Below are positions 28,326-40,060 of a stretch of 64,000 nucleotides of DNA, in pieces. Both the position numbers and the translations under genes were made by a program. This DNA is from Eledone cirrhosa (lineage: Eukaryota): assembly GCA_964016885.1 (NCBI GenBank), contig OZ024747.1, positions 86,676,001 through 86,740,000 on the forward strand. The letters run 5' to 3'. Below the pieces are notes generated by a model that worked only from the letters and a program-made list of their open reading frames with translations, did no database searches and had not been told where the DNA came from. Position 1 is the stretch's first letter. Each line of letters opens with the position of its first letter.

Positions 28326-31300
28326 CTCTTTGAGTCTCAGTCATTGATGTTAGTTAACTGGAAAGTTTGTTGAAATGAATATCAAGCCTCTACCTGCAGC
28401 CTCAGATATTCAGGACGTATCGGAGGGTTCTTGCTGTTCCCAGCAAGCATGCCTTTTGAAGCGTTCCAAAAAGCGTGAAGGGGCCAATTTTCTTTAACCA
28501 TCCCTGGAAACTTTTTGAGATAGTCCCTAGTGCACCTATGACAATCGGGATCACTTTGACTTCATGGCAGTTCCAAATCCTTTTTACCTCCCACTTTAAG
28601 TCCTGGTATCGGTTAATTTTCTCCCTCTCCTTCTCTTGCACTCTCGTGTCGAATGGGCAGGCCACATCCACAATCAGGCACGATCTTTTTTCTTTGTCCA
28701 CAACCACCAGGTCAGGTCTATTGTGTTCCAGTTTCTTGTCCGTCTGTATCCTAAAATCCCACAGCACCTTCACCTGATCGTTTTCTATCACCGCCTCTGG
28801 CTTATGCTCATACCACTTCTCAGAATGTGGTAAATTGTTTACTTTGCATAGGTGCCAGTGGATCACCCTGCCCATCACATCATGTCTCCAGCCCTTATAG
28901 AGTCTGGGCTAGGTGTTTACACTCGGATACAATGTGAGCCACAGTCTCCTCTCTCTCTCGCCACAGATCCTGCACAGTGGGCTAGCCTCCTCCTTGTAAA
29001 TGTGGTGTTTCAACCACTTTGTTTTGAGGGCCTGCTCCTGCGCAGCCATTAACATTCCTTCTGTAGCCTTTTTAAGGTCTCCTCTTTTCAACCAGTTCCA
29101 TGTCTGTGGATCTCTAAATTCAGTTTTCTCAATTTTCTCAAAGGAAGGTACTATGAATGGATTTTTCCTGAAGGCTGCTCTTTCTCCTTGATGTTATTTC
29201 CTCCTTGGACATCCCCTGGCCTATTGTCCCCTCCTTCAGTACAGTTCTGAGCATTGGCTCCTTACTATCAGTCACGTATTTGTGTAGGTTGTTTTTCTCC
29301 ATCTGAACACAGTCCTCTATGCTGATAAGACCTCTTCCACCTTCAGATCTCCTTAAGTAGAGTCTATCGACATCACTCCTCTTGTGGAACATATTGTAGA
29401 TAGTCAATAGCTTCCTAGTCTTCCTATCCATTTCTTTTTGTTCAGCAACATTCCATCTCAGAATTCCCGCACTGTACCTAATAATAGACACAGCTCGGGA
29501 ATTTACTGCACTTATGGCATTCCTACTGTTCAGATGTGACTTTAATACGCTCCTTACTCTCCGAAGGTATTCAGTTCTTATCAATTCCTTCATTTTTTTG
29601 TTCTTGATGTCATCAGCCTCCAGAACGCCCAAATACTTGTATCTTTCCTCAGAGTCAATTTCCTTTATCATCTCACCTGTTGGTATCTAGATTCCGTTAC
29701 TTCTGCTCAACTTACCCCTCCTCATCACAATGACTCCACACTTACTAATACCAAATTGCATACATATATCATTGCTGAAAATACGGACAGTGTCAACAAT
29801 CACATCCAACTCCTTCTCACTCTTCCCGAAAAGCTTAAGATCGTCAATGAAGAGGAGGTGATTGATGGTAAGCCCTCCCTTTCCCAACCTGTATCCTGCT
29901 CTCACTTTTCGCAGTACACTGGTCAGGGGCATCAGGGCAAGGACAAACAACAGAGGGGACAGACTATCTCCCTGGAAGATACCTCTCTTGATCTTCACGC
30001 TTCCCAAGGATTCTCCAGTTGATGTTAACTCTGTTTCCCAGGACTTCATACTTTTGCCCAACAACTGTCTAATGTTATCTGCCACCTTGAAGATCCCCAG
30101 GCTTTTGGTGATCCAAGAATGAGGCACCATGTCAAATGCCTTTTTGTAGTCTATCCATCCCATGGCAAGACCAGTGTGTCTCCTCTTGCAATTCCTCATT
30201 ACCATTTTATCAATAAGTAACTGGTCCTTTGTACCACGTGACTTCTTTCGGCATCCTTTCTGTTCGTCCGGTAACAAGTTGTTTGTGTGGAGGTGATGGT
30301 AGATTTCCTCAGACATAATGCTTGTCAACAGTTTCCACATTACGGACAGACATGTGATAGGTCTATAATTGGTAGTATCATTACCCTTGATTCGGTCTTT
30401 CATTATCATAACTGTGGTACCTTTTGTCAACCACTCTGGTACCTCACCTGACATCAAGCAGTCATTGAACATGGTTGTCAGTTTCGGGTGGAGGGATGTT
30501 ATGTTTTTAATCCAATACCCCTGCACACCATCTGGGCCAGGTGATTTCCAGTTGGTTAGTTTTTTGGCCTGCCCCTTAAGAGTTTCAACTGTGATACTCA
30601 AATCAGTTTGTTGGTGTGCCTGTTCACTGATCTCCTTCTGTACTGTCTCAATCCACACTGCCTGGTCATTATGTTTAACATCCTGCTCCCATATTCCTCT
30701 CCAGAATGTTTTAGTTTGTTCCGCCTCAGGGATCAAGTCGTTGCCTCTTTCTTTCCCTTCAAGCTGTCCAAACAGCATCTTCTGGTTGTTGTCGAACATG
30801 CGGTTCTGTCTATACTGACTGACCCTGTTCTCGTATCGCCTGATTTTTGCACTCTTTGCTACAATGCATTGCTTCAGTTCCTCTATGATAATATTTAGCT
30901 TTTTCCTCCTAGTGTTGTACTTTATTTCCAGTCTATTTTTAGTGTCTATGTTTTTTAGAGTCCCATTCAGTAGGGACTCAAGCTTTCCAATGTCATTTCT
31001 CATTTCCCTGATTTGACCACCACTCAGTCGTTTCTTCCACCAAGGCTCTGCTCTTTCTTGTCTGTTGTTTCCTCTCGCTTTTATACCAAGTAGTTTCCTC
31101 ACCGTATTTGCTGTTGCTTTGAGGATATTGTTGCACTGGTGAAGGCTCCTCGCCTCAAGGTATGGGATGACTTTGTTTACCTTAGCTGTTGTTTCTTTTA
31201 ACTTTTTCCTGTCTACAAATCTTAGGTTCATAGGTCTCCCACTATCATTGTTCAATTCATCTACCACTAAGTTTAGGATATCAACCAAATCTTGTCCTAG

Positions 31301-31960
31301 CCCGTCAGCATTCATCTCCTCAGTGGCCGTATCTCTGTTCCAGGTATTATTTATCTCAGCATTCAGATCATTGTCTGCTTCGGGTGGTTCCTCCGTTCTC
31401 TCGACCTCTTCACCTTCATTTCCCACTGGCTCGTTTGCCTGGTATACTTCACTCTCCATCTCCAAGCTAATCACTCTGCTCAGTTCCTCCAGTTCCAGCT
31501 CGCTTATCCACCCATTAGTTCTTATTACCCGAGCCTGCCCGGCCAGTTTTTGTTCATCTAATTTAAATGGACCAATCTCGTTCCAGATGTTATGCATCCT
31601 TTTCCTATAGCCTTTCTCCTTGGGGTTACTCTTCAGGTAACATTGCATAACAGTTCTATTCAATTCTTTCGTCCAGTTGGTTCTGGTCCCTTTCCTTCTT
31701 CTTCCTCCGACACCAGCAGTATTTGGTTGACAGCCAGGTCCCTGCTGCTGAGCCAGGGAGCACCTGTTGGGTGAGAGTCTGTCACATGACATTCTAGTCT
31801 CCATTTCACCGTTATTCAAACTGTTTAGGTTCGACATTTAAACACTCTTATCGAGGATTGGCGAATGTATGGTTACAAAACCACCGGTGAATTACTCGTC
31901 TCCGGCGGTTTCGTCACTCCACGTGACTTTTGTGTGGCATTAGCACGCTGTAGACGAACC
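28326..31960 (-). mobile_element. Near full-length R4/Dong-type RLE LINE
   Basis: Single-ORF architecture of RT, CCHC finger and RLE; 3' end at a microsatellite, 5' end near (TTTG)n. Confidence 0.93.
28402..31837 (-). pseudogene. Disrupted RT-RLE ORF
   Basis: WKSPGPDG, YRPITCL, QKG, DYKKAFD, GIFQGDSLSP, FIDD, RHD-region, NRPD; in-frame TAG at 29687 and frameshifts near 29130 and 28900-28960 relative to the sister copy. Confidence 0.9.
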
Positions 31961-32248
31961 CAAATAAACAAACAAACAAACAGGCAGAAAAAACCCCAAA
32001 AATGAATAAGCATAAGTTTCATTGTAATGTAGTGTTTGAATGTCTGACTTAGTTTTTCCCTTCTCTTCTCTGTCCGTCCGTTTGTTTTTCTCTTCATTTT
32101 TATTTCCTTTACGTTTTTCGTTGTTGCTGTGCTGCTTTGATTTTGATTTTTGTTTTTTTGATTTTGACCGGGTCATCAATTCAGTCTATTTATATATTTT
32201 GATGCCTTCCTCTTTTAGTGAGAATTCTACAATGTAGCAGGGGCTAGC

Positions 32249-32470
32249 GGGAGAGAATAGCGGTGGTAGTGATAATGAGGCAGTGGTGGTGGTGGTGGTG
32301 ACCGTGCTGTGCTAGCAGCAACTAGCAGGAGGTAGTGGGAGAGAATAGCGGCGGTAGCGATAATGAGGCAGTGGTGGTGGTGGTGGTGACCGTGCTGTGC
32401 TAGCAGCAACTAGCAGGAGGTAGTGGGAGAGAATAGCGGCGGTAGCGATAATGAGGCAGTGGTGGTGGTG
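32249..32470. repeat. 88-bp tandem repeat x about 2.5
   Basis: Units start at 32249, 32337 and 32425. Confidence 0.92.
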
Positions 32471-32903
32471 ATGTGGTCGTATTACTGTAGTGATGGTGTT
32501 GAAGACGGAGTAAAAATTTGAGTCGGCTTGACCAGAGTTTTCATCGTGGCAGTGGTGGTGGTATTGGTGGTGAAATTATCTTTAGTGAAATTATCATTAG
32601 TCGCGTATATGTGTTGACATATTTTCTTAATATTGGAATTAAACATTTTGTTAAAACTAAAACTTGATTATTATTATTATTATTATTATTATTATTGGCG
32701 ACCTACGTAGTAAATCGTATCATCGTGAGCTCCGCAAAGGTTTGTTATTTCCGTTTGTTAAAAATTGCCATTTATGGAAAATTTTATTGTTAACTGTTTA
32801 TAAGCACACATACATTGTTTTCCGAAAAGGACACCCAAAAAGATTGGGGCCTTGTGCCCAAAATTTTAACTTTTATTATTATCAAAAAATTTCTTTGGAA
32901 AAA

Positions 32904-34892
32904 ATGGCTACTTCACCTCTGCCCGAAGCAGCTGAAAGCCTTCCTCACAAAATAACACCTCACACCGACACCACCATTGTAAATGTTACTACGTTTGCCA
33001 ACACCAAAAAAAATATAAGCAGTAGCAATATTTTAAATTTGTCTCAGGCAGACATTCATTTGCCGCCATTACCAATGACTGCAGGTGTTAAACCCTCCAC
33101 CACCACCACCACCGCGACAACCACCACCACCACCACCACCACCGTGACACCAGAAACAAAAGAAGAAAAAAATAAATTAACTCGTGACGTCGAAATGAAA
33201 TCAAGCAAAATGGACTCTTCCCCACCAAAGACGACTGACGTCACCACCACCACAACTGAAAATAAAATTAATATTAACGATAGCAACAACAACAACAATG
33301 ACATTATAAAACCGACCCTCAGTTTCGCCATCGTAGCTAAACAATTCGAAGCGTTCACGGTAACTCAAGAAGATTTAGAAAATGCCAAACAAATGGTAAA
33401 GAAAGATGGGTATAGGGTCAGCCTCACCCCCCCACCTAATAAAATGGAGCATCGGCGCCTGTGCACCGTGTCGTATAGAACAATAAATGTAAAATCGCGC
33501 CGAGTGGAACGGGCATCCGAGTCCCAAATCCAAAAAGCTTTGGGACATGTGTGGGCAAGAAAAACCCACATCAGACGTGGGCAAAAGTATGGAACCGTGG
33601 ATGTGTTCTTTGAAACACCAGAGGAGGCTAGAGAACACTCCATGGCCCCATTAAAAAGTGACGACCTCACACTCGTCCCAAGTTATTGTGGCCAGAGACT
33701 CGTAAAGATCAGGGTGACCCACGTTCCACCGGCCATCGAAATTCCCTGGCTAATAGCGGCTGTCCTCGCCGGCATCGAAGCCAACACGAAAATAATAGCA
33801 GTAGCAAAAGAAAAGCAGGAAAACTGGTCCGGATCTGGGATGGAGCTCCTGATCCAAGCGGACCAAAAAAGCATTGAGGAGATCCCAGAGGTAATAGACC
33901 TCACTGACGGCAGCCACCTCACGGTAATTGTCGAGGGCAGAAGACCTAGGTGTGTCGTTTGTGGTGAAGGAACCCACCTAAGGGCTTTCTGCCCTCAGGC
34001 TAAAAGGTTGAGGCCACCTCTCCTACCCACCCCAGTGACACAACCATCAACACCACCAGTAGCAGAGATGGCAGCAACAACTGTAGCAGCAACAACAGAA
34101 GCAACTATAACAGCAACAACCCCAGCAACAGTAGCAAAACCAACACCACTACCATCACCAGCAAAACCAACACCACCACCACCCAACGCTTCAGAACTAG
34201 CACCAGCGCCTACACCATCCACCACACCACAACCAAAACTAACGGCTGTGGAGGATTTTCCACTCCCCGGCCTATCACAACTGGAGACAGATTGTGACGA
34301 CGAGGAGTGGGAAACGATATCCGGAAAAAAAAAAGAAACCAAAAAAGAAAAAAATTCTCTTCCTTCCCCCTCCAAAAACAAAATACAGAGGGAAACAAAT
34401 AAACTAAGAAACAAAAAAGTTAGGACAGATATGCCACCATCCACACCAGCATCACCAACCCCATCAACCCAAACACCAACACCATCACCATCATTATCCC
34501 CAGCACCACCATCGCCTACACCACAAGAGTCACCAAAATGCGAAACAGAAACAAACCCACAACAAACGCAAACAAAACAAAACAACCAAAACGATACACA
34601 CTACACAGTATTAAATTTGAACAACAAGCAATTATTACACTACATCCAACACAACACCAGCATCACAGAAAAAGACTACACAACAACCCCAAAATTCACA
34701 CCACCTCCACACATACAAATCACTCGCATCACACAGAAAACGTACATGACACTAAAACAAAAATTCCCCAAAGACATCGGAGACTTCCGACAAGCACTCT
34801 CCAGGAGGATTTATAAGGACATCCTTCCTGAGGAGGCCACAAGCAGTGAAAAGGATGGAAAAGCCGTCCTTCCCCTACGAGAAGTAAGGTAA
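32904..34892 (+). CDS. LINE ORF1 nucleic-acid-binding protein (662 aa from the first ATG)
   Basis: CX2CX4HX4C knuckle CVVCGEGTHLRAFC; Thr/Pro low-complexity tracts; ends 34 nt before ORF2. Confidence 0.85.
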   Translation: MATSPLPEAAESLPHKITPHTDTTIVNVTTFANTKKNISSSNILNLSQADIHLPPLPMTAGVKPSTTTTTATTTTTTTTTVTPETKEEKNKLTRDVEMKSSKMDSSPPKTTDVTTTTTENKININDSNNNNNDIIKPTLSFAIVAKQFEAFTVTQEDLENAKQMVKKDGYRVSLTPPPNKMEHRRLCTVSYRTINVKSRRVERASESQIQKALGHVWARKTHIRRGQKYGTVDVFFETPEEAREHSMAPLKSDDLTLVPSYCGQRLVKIRVTHVPPAIEIPWLIAAVLAGIEANTKIIAVAKEKQENWSGSGMELLIQADQKSIEEIPEVIDLTDGSHLTVIVEGRRPRCVVCGEGTHLRAFCPQAKRLRPPLLPTPVTQPSTPPVAEMAATTVAATTEATITATTPATVAKPTPLPSPAKPTPPPPNASELAPAPTPSTTPQPKLTAVEDFPLPGLSQLETDCDDEEWETISGKKKETKKEKNSLPSPSKNKIQRETNKLRNKKVRTDMPPSTPASPTPSTQTPTPSPSLSPAPPSPTPQESPKCETETNPQQTQTKQNNQNDTHYTVLNLNNKQLLHYIQHNTSITEKDYTTTPKFTPPPHIQITRITQKTYMTLKQKFPKDIGDFRQALSRRIYKDILPEEATSSEKDGKAVLPLREVR

Positions 34893-34926
34893 GTGGTCTT
34901 TCCCATCTTTTCCACTCCTTTTCAAC

Positions 34927-37900
34927 ATGACCTCACTCAGAATAGGCAGCATAAATGCGCGTGGCTTGGGGTCGTCATGGAAGCAGGGCCACCTGCTCAA
35001 CGACCTCAGGTCACTAAACATAGATGTAGTGGCCATCAGCGAGACCAGAATCTCCGAAGCACAGGCTTTCGCACCGATCTTCGGCGGCTACGATGTGTAC
35101 GCATCTCCCAGCCGTCCGGGATCGGGGGGAGGAGTTGCTGTGCTTTTTCGGAGAGGTTTGGATCTTGCCATACGGGCCATCTTCCTGGACCCTGAAGGTA
35201 AGTTGGTGGTGCTGGACGTGACCAGCGGAGACGGGCAAGCTTTCAGGTTAGTGGCCGTCTATGCCCCGACAGGAGCAGGGCGGTCTGATTTCTTCCGGCG
35301 TCTGGAGACCTTTCTTGGAACGTCCCGCTCTTTAGTGTTAGTGGGCGACTGGAACGGGATCTTAGATGCACGCTGGGATTGTGTGGGATTAGTGGATAGG
35401 GAAGGAGGGTGCAAGAGTCTCACCAACCTGCTCAGACGTTTTGAACTGTCTGACAGGTACCGAATGGATTTCCCGAATGTACCAATATGGACTTGGACAA
35501 ATCGCATAGGGTCATCCAGATCATATCTAGATAGAGTATTTTGTAGGGAAATAGATAGGTCTAGCATAGGCTGTCCACAATTCAAGATAGTCAGCTACAC
35601 GGACCACAAATTCGTGATCTGTGTGCTTGACTTAGATAGGCTTCATAGACGAGGACCCGGCTACTGGAAGTTAAACGCGTCCTTACCAGCGCGCAAGGCC
35701 TACAGAGACCGGATTAGCGAACTAGTTAAGCGGGCGTTGACGGGGGCCATCGTCAACAACAAGTGGTGGTTTGCTCTGAAAAGAGCAATTAGAATAGAGT
35801 CCATTAGGTTTAGTAAGACTTTAGCAATAGAGAAAAATAGAGCAGAGGGAGAATTAGTTAGAAAATTAGATGAGGCGCTTAGCAAAGGCATCGCGACCGA
35901 CGTACTTGCGGCGAAATTGGCCCTTGACCAATTCTTCAATGCAAAGCACGAAGGCTGCGTTGTCAGAGCTAGGGTGCGTGCTCTCAGACACGAGGGAACG
36001 AAAGCCGTTCAATGGGCCCGAGTGGCGGAGGCGCGTCGTGGCAACAAAGCCACGATCCGGTCTTTGGTGGACCACGACGGGCGCATGCTACTCGATCCCG
36101 GGCAAATGTGTGAAGCTTTTCAGCGACACTTCGCTCAACTGTTCGGGGGCAGTGGCGGGCCGGATCGAGGGATGGACTTTAGTGTCTACCTCGACGGACT
36201 GCCGCGGCTTTCGGCCACTGAGGCGGAGTGTTGCGAAAAGCCGATAACAACCGCTGAAGTACGGGATGCAATGACTAGTTGCACAAGGGGTAAATCGCCT
36301 GGTTTGGATGGTCTGCCCTATGAACTTTACGTACAAATGCCAAACTTGTTCGGAGGCCTCTTGGCGGACGTCTACTGCAACTGGCAACAGAACGGGAGAA
36401 TTCCCAGCTCTGTGAGCCGAGGAGCGGTGGCGCTGCTGAGAAAGGATCCGAACAAGGGGGATAACATAGATAATTTTAGGCCCATAACTCTGCTAAACAC
36501 AGAGTTCAAGATTTTGGCCAAGGTGCTAGCAAAGAAGTTGGCGCTTGTCGTTGGTGGTCTGGTGGGAGAGGCACAGATATGCGCCATTCCCGACAGATCC
36601 ATCCACGACAACCTCCACCTCATGCGATACATCGTAGAGAGGGTAGCTAGGGAACCTGGCACGGGTGGGTCTTTGATCAATTTAGATCAGTCGAAAGCCT
36701 TCGATAGGGTCGACCATCGTTACCTAGCGGCAGTCCTGAGGGCGGCTGGCTTTGGGCCCGTCTTCAGAGGCTGGATCGCTGCCATGCACAGCGACATCTG
36801 CTCTGTAGTGAGAGTGAACGGTCACCTTTCGGAACCGTTCAACATCATGCGCTCGGTTCGCCAAGGATGTCCCCTCTCGTCCCTATTGTACGTATTGACT
36901 CTCGAGCCATTACTGCACAAACTGGAGACGTTGAGGGGGGTCCCGCGCGAACTAGGATGCGGAAGATCCGTGTCAGCATATGCCGACGATGTCACCGTAG
37001 TGGTGTCGAACGCCAAACACATCGAGGCGATCGGCACTACACTAAGAGAATACGAAGCGGTGACAGGAGCAATGATCAACCAGGAAAAGTCAGTGGGCCT
37101 GCAGCTCGGCACCTGGAGAGGCAGGTCCATGCCGTCCAACAGCGTCGTCGGGCGCTGGACGGACGGACCGGTTAAATTGCTAGGGGTCTGGTTCGGTCCA
37201 GACCTCCAGACGGACAAAAACTGGGACGAGGTGACGAGCAGGGTGGCTTCTCTCACCCAGAAATGGGCCGAGAGGAAGCTATCCCTGAAAGGTCGAGCGG
37301 AGGTGGCGAATGCGTACATCGCATCCGTCATCTACTACCGCCTGACCGTTGTACCTTGTCCTAAGCCCCGCCTGACTGCGCTGGAGCGTTTGCTCTTTCG
37401 CTTCTTGTGGAAGGGACGCGCTCCGATGGTCAGGCGGTCCATCTGCTGTCAACACCCGCTACGTGGAGTGCTGGGCATGCCGTGGCTGATGATGCGCAGA
37501 CACGCGCTCAGGCTACGACATCTCCACCTCTTCCTCGACGGTGATCAGGTGTGGTCGCCGTTTGCTAGACACGTTTTTCCCCAGCTCGTCTCCTTGACGG
37601 AGCTGCAGTCCTGGGTCAAGCGAAGACCGAGAGGGAGCGCTTGGAGACTGGAATGTCTTCAGGCGCTCACAGCCCTCGACCAATCGGGCAATGTGATCGG
37701 TGGAAACTCCACCTTGGCGTTCTATAGGGGATTAGTGGAGGGGAAGAGCGACGACGTACTTGGAGAAACTCTAGGCGTCGACGAAAATCAACTGGCCAAT
37801 CTCTTCGGAAGGACTTTCGGGCCGGGGCCTATGGACAACTTCCAGAAATCCCTGGCCTGGCAGTGCTACCGAGGAGCTTTGCCAGTTCGGGATAAACTCT

Positions 37901-38346
37901 ACAGGCATGGAGGTGCCGTCAGCCGGGCATGTCCGAGATGCGCGCAGGGCGACGAAACCGTCCTGCACGCACTCGTCCAGTGTCCGAGCATTGCTGACTT
38001 GTGGGTTTATGTCGAACACCTGCTGTCACGTGTAGGACCTATCCGGCTATCAGCTGAGTCCATCGTGAGGATTGCCCCGCCCCCTTCCTTTAGACTGGAA
38101 GGGCAGGCAGTTTTTATCTGTCTGGTGGCCATGGCGAAAGAGATAGTATGGTGGACACGTTTGAAAGGGCTGAAGACGAGCACTTACCTCTTCGGTGATG
38201 CCCTGATTAACTTTTTCAAATTTCATTTGAAAAGAAAAATCAGGGTAGAGAGGGAAGTGCTCTCTTCCCAGCATTTTGTTGAAAGATGGGTGAGAGAAGC
38301 AAGTATGGCCCGAATGAATGGGCCTTCTCTGAGTATGTGTCTGTAA
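34927..38346 (+). CDS. LINE ORF2: APE endonuclease, reverse transcriptase and C-terminal CCHC
   Basis: SINARGL, SETR, GDWN, YLDR, TDH; SPGLDG, FRPITLLN, DQSKAFD, RQGCPLS, YADD; CPRC..H..C; uninterrupted 1139 aa. Confidence 0.96.
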   Translation: MTSLRIGSINARGLGSSWKQGHLLNDLRSLNIDVVAISETRISEAQAFAPIFGGYDVYASPSRPGSGGGVAVLFRRGLDLAIRAIFLDPEGKLVVLDVTSGDGQAFRLVAVYAPTGAGRSDFFRRLETFLGTSRSLVLVGDWNGILDARWDCVGLVDREGGCKSLTNLLRRFELSDRYRMDFPNVPIWTWTNRIGSSRSYLDRVFCREIDRSSIGCPQFKIVSYTDHKFVICVLDLDRLHRRGPGYWKLNASLPARKAYRDRISELVKRALTGAIVNNKWWFALKRAIRIESIRFSKTLAIEKNRAEGELVRKLDEALSKGIATDVLAAKLALDQFFNAKHEGCVVRARVRALRHEGTKAVQWARVAEARRGNKATIRSLVDHDGRMLLDPGQMCEAFQRHFAQLFGGSGGPDRGMDFSVYLDGLPRLSATEAECCEKPITTAEVRDAMTSCTRGKSPGLDGLPYELYVQMPNLFGGLLADVYCNWQQNGRIPSSVSRGAVALLRKDPNKGDNIDNFRPITLLNTEFKILAKVLAKKLALVVGGLVGEAQICAIPDRSIHDNLHLMRYIVERVAREPGTGGSLINLDQSKAFDRVDHRYLAAVLRAAGFGPVFRGWIAAMHSDICSVVRVNGHLSEPFNIMRSVRQGCPLSSLLYVLTLEPLLHKLETLRGVPRELGCGRSVSAYADDVTVVVSNAKHIEAIGTTLREYEAVTGAMINQEKSVGLQLGTWRGRSMPSNSVVGRWTDGPVKLLGVWFGPDLQTDKNWDEVTSRVASLTQKWAERKLSLKGRAEVANAYIASVIYYRLTVVPCPKPRLTALERLLFRFLWKGRAPMVRRSICCQHPLRGVLGMPWLMMRRHALRLRHLHLFLDGDQVWSPFARHVFPQLVSLTELQSWVKRRPRGSAWRLECLQALTALDQSGNVIGGNSTLAFYRGLVEGKSDDVLGETLGVDENQLANLFGRTFGPGPMDNFQKSLAWQCYRGALPVRDKLYRHGGAVSRACPRCAQGDETVLHALVQCPSIADLWVYVEHLLSRVGPIRLSAESIVRIAPPPSFRLEGQAVFICLVAMAKEIVWWTRLKGLKTSTYLFGDALINFFKFHLKRKIRVEREVLSSQHFVERWVREASMARMNGPSLSMCL

Positions 38347-38628
38347 ATTAAGGGTGGAAAACTGGGAGAGGGCACTTGCCCTGGTTGTCAGGGCCACTGT
38401 GGTCTTTTAATGGGCTTTCTCCACAAATGTCCCTCGGAAGTCTCCCCCCTATTGGGGAATTTTTCTTTGTTATTTTATTTCAACCTCTGTTTTTTTACAC
38501 GCAGAAATGCCCATTTGTACCGTCCTGTATTGTCCTGTACTGTCCTTAATGTCTACTTTATGTGAACCCTTGTGGTTAATAAAGAAAACATTATTATTAT
38601 TATTATTATTATTATTGTTATTGTTATT

Positions 38629-39569
38629 CCTTGAATCTCAGTCATTGATGTTGGTTAACTGGAAAGTCCGTTGGATTGAATATCAAGCCACTACCTGCAG
38701 CCTCAGATATTCAGGACGTATCGGAGGGTTCTTGCCGTTCCAAGCAAGCATGCCTTTTGAAGCGTTCCAAAAAGCGTGAAGGGGCCGATTTTCTTTAACC
38801 ATCCCTGGAAACCTTTGGAGATAGTCCCCAGTGCGCCTATGACAATCGGGATCACTTTGACTTCATGGCAGTTCCAAATCCTTTTCACCTCCCACTTTAG
38901 GTCCTGGTATCGGTTAATTTTCTCCCTCTCCTTCTCTTGCACTCTCGTGTCGAACGGGCAGGCCACATCCACAATCAGGCACGATCTTTTTTCTTTGTCC
39001 ACAACCACCAGGTCAGGTCTATTGTGTTCCAGTTTTTTGTCCGTCTGTATCCTAAAATCCCACAGCACCTTCACCTGACTGTTCTCCATCACCGCCTCTG
39101 GCCTATGCTCATACCATTTCTCAGAATGTGGTAGATTGTTTACTTTGCACAGGTGCCAGTGGATCACCCTGCCCATCACATCGTGTCTCCAGCCCTTATA
39201 GTGGGTCTGGGCTAGGTGTTTACACTCGGACACAATGTGAGCCACAGTCTCCTCTCTCTCTCCACAGATCCTGCACAGTGGGCTAGCCTCCTCCTTGTAG
39301 ATATGGTGCTTCAACCACTTCGTTTTGAGGGCCTGCTCCTGCGCAGCCATTAGCATTCCTTCTGTAGCCTTTTTGAGGTCTCCTCTTCTCAACCAGTTCC
39401 ATGTCTGTGGATCTCTAAATTCAGTTTTCTCAAAGAAGGTACTATGAAGGGATTTTCCCTTAAGGCAGCTCTTCCTCCTTGATGTTATTTCCTCCTTGGA
39501 TATCCCCTGGCCTACTGTCCCCTCCTTCAGTACAGCTCTGAGCATTGGCTCCTTACTATAGGTCACGTA

Positions 39570-39571
<2 letters not shown>
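38629..39571 (-). mobile_element. 5'-truncated sister copy of the R4/Dong-type LINE
   Basis: Highly similar to 28326-29281; open 287-aa frame with CCHC and RLE; (TTA)n on both sides. Confidence 0.95.
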
Positions 39572-39630
<59 letters not shown>

Positions 39631-39649
39631 TTTGTGAGGCTCGCGAGGG

Positions 39650-40060
39650 CAGAGTCTTCAGACTAACCTTCTAGACAGTCCTATAAGAAGCAACTGTATC
39701 CAATGATCCGGCTGGATCCTCAGAGGAGACCATCAAGACTCATGGATATTATCTAATCTACATGCTCGAGGTCTACGTCTGGGTCTCCTGTCGGCTGGAT
39801 TTGAACATAAAGTCTGTCCAGTGGTTGTTTCCTTAGACATCAATTCTCTCTACAATATCATTTCCCACAACAAGGACATTCGCATTCTCCAACAACTCGC
39901 TCTTCAAACTTCTCCACAACTTTGTATCTCTACCAGAATCCGCGTTGCTGAGCTGGTGCTTCTTCGCAACTGCGTTTCTTTCTCGTTTAAGATATACCAA
40001 TTGGTAATAAGTGTGGCGATGGACCCCAAAATAGACCCAAAATTACACCAACGCTTCTAC
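39650..40060 (+). mobile_element. Degenerate Penelope-like RT fragment
   Basis: VVSLDINSLYNII (motif A) and ELVLLRNCVSFSFKIYQLVISVAMDP (motif B, normally Q..G.AMGSP). Confidence 0.75.

Larger units (their letters stand above)
32697..38590 (+). mobile_element. Full-length L1/Tx1-clade LINE inserted in (TTA)n
   Basis: Two intact ORFs, short UTRs, AATAAA near 38578 and an A-rich end; (TTA)n on both flanks. Confidence 0.93.

Noticed and set aside
28097-28344. Poly-Leu and poly-Arg ORFs, and the many YI/CV/HT/SL ORFs elsewhere
   Set aside because: Translations of microsatellites
32664-32903. N-terminal extension of ORF1 in the ORF track
   Set aside because: It starts at a TTG outside the element and reads through (ATT)n; the first ATG is at 32904
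34927-38346. Horizontal transfer or contamination suggested by high GC
   Set aside because: Clean microsatellite junctions; composition alone is not evidence without a phylogeny
29756-38397. Antisense and overlapping ORFs within the LINEs
   Set aside because: Shadow frames of long coding sequences with no recognisable motifs
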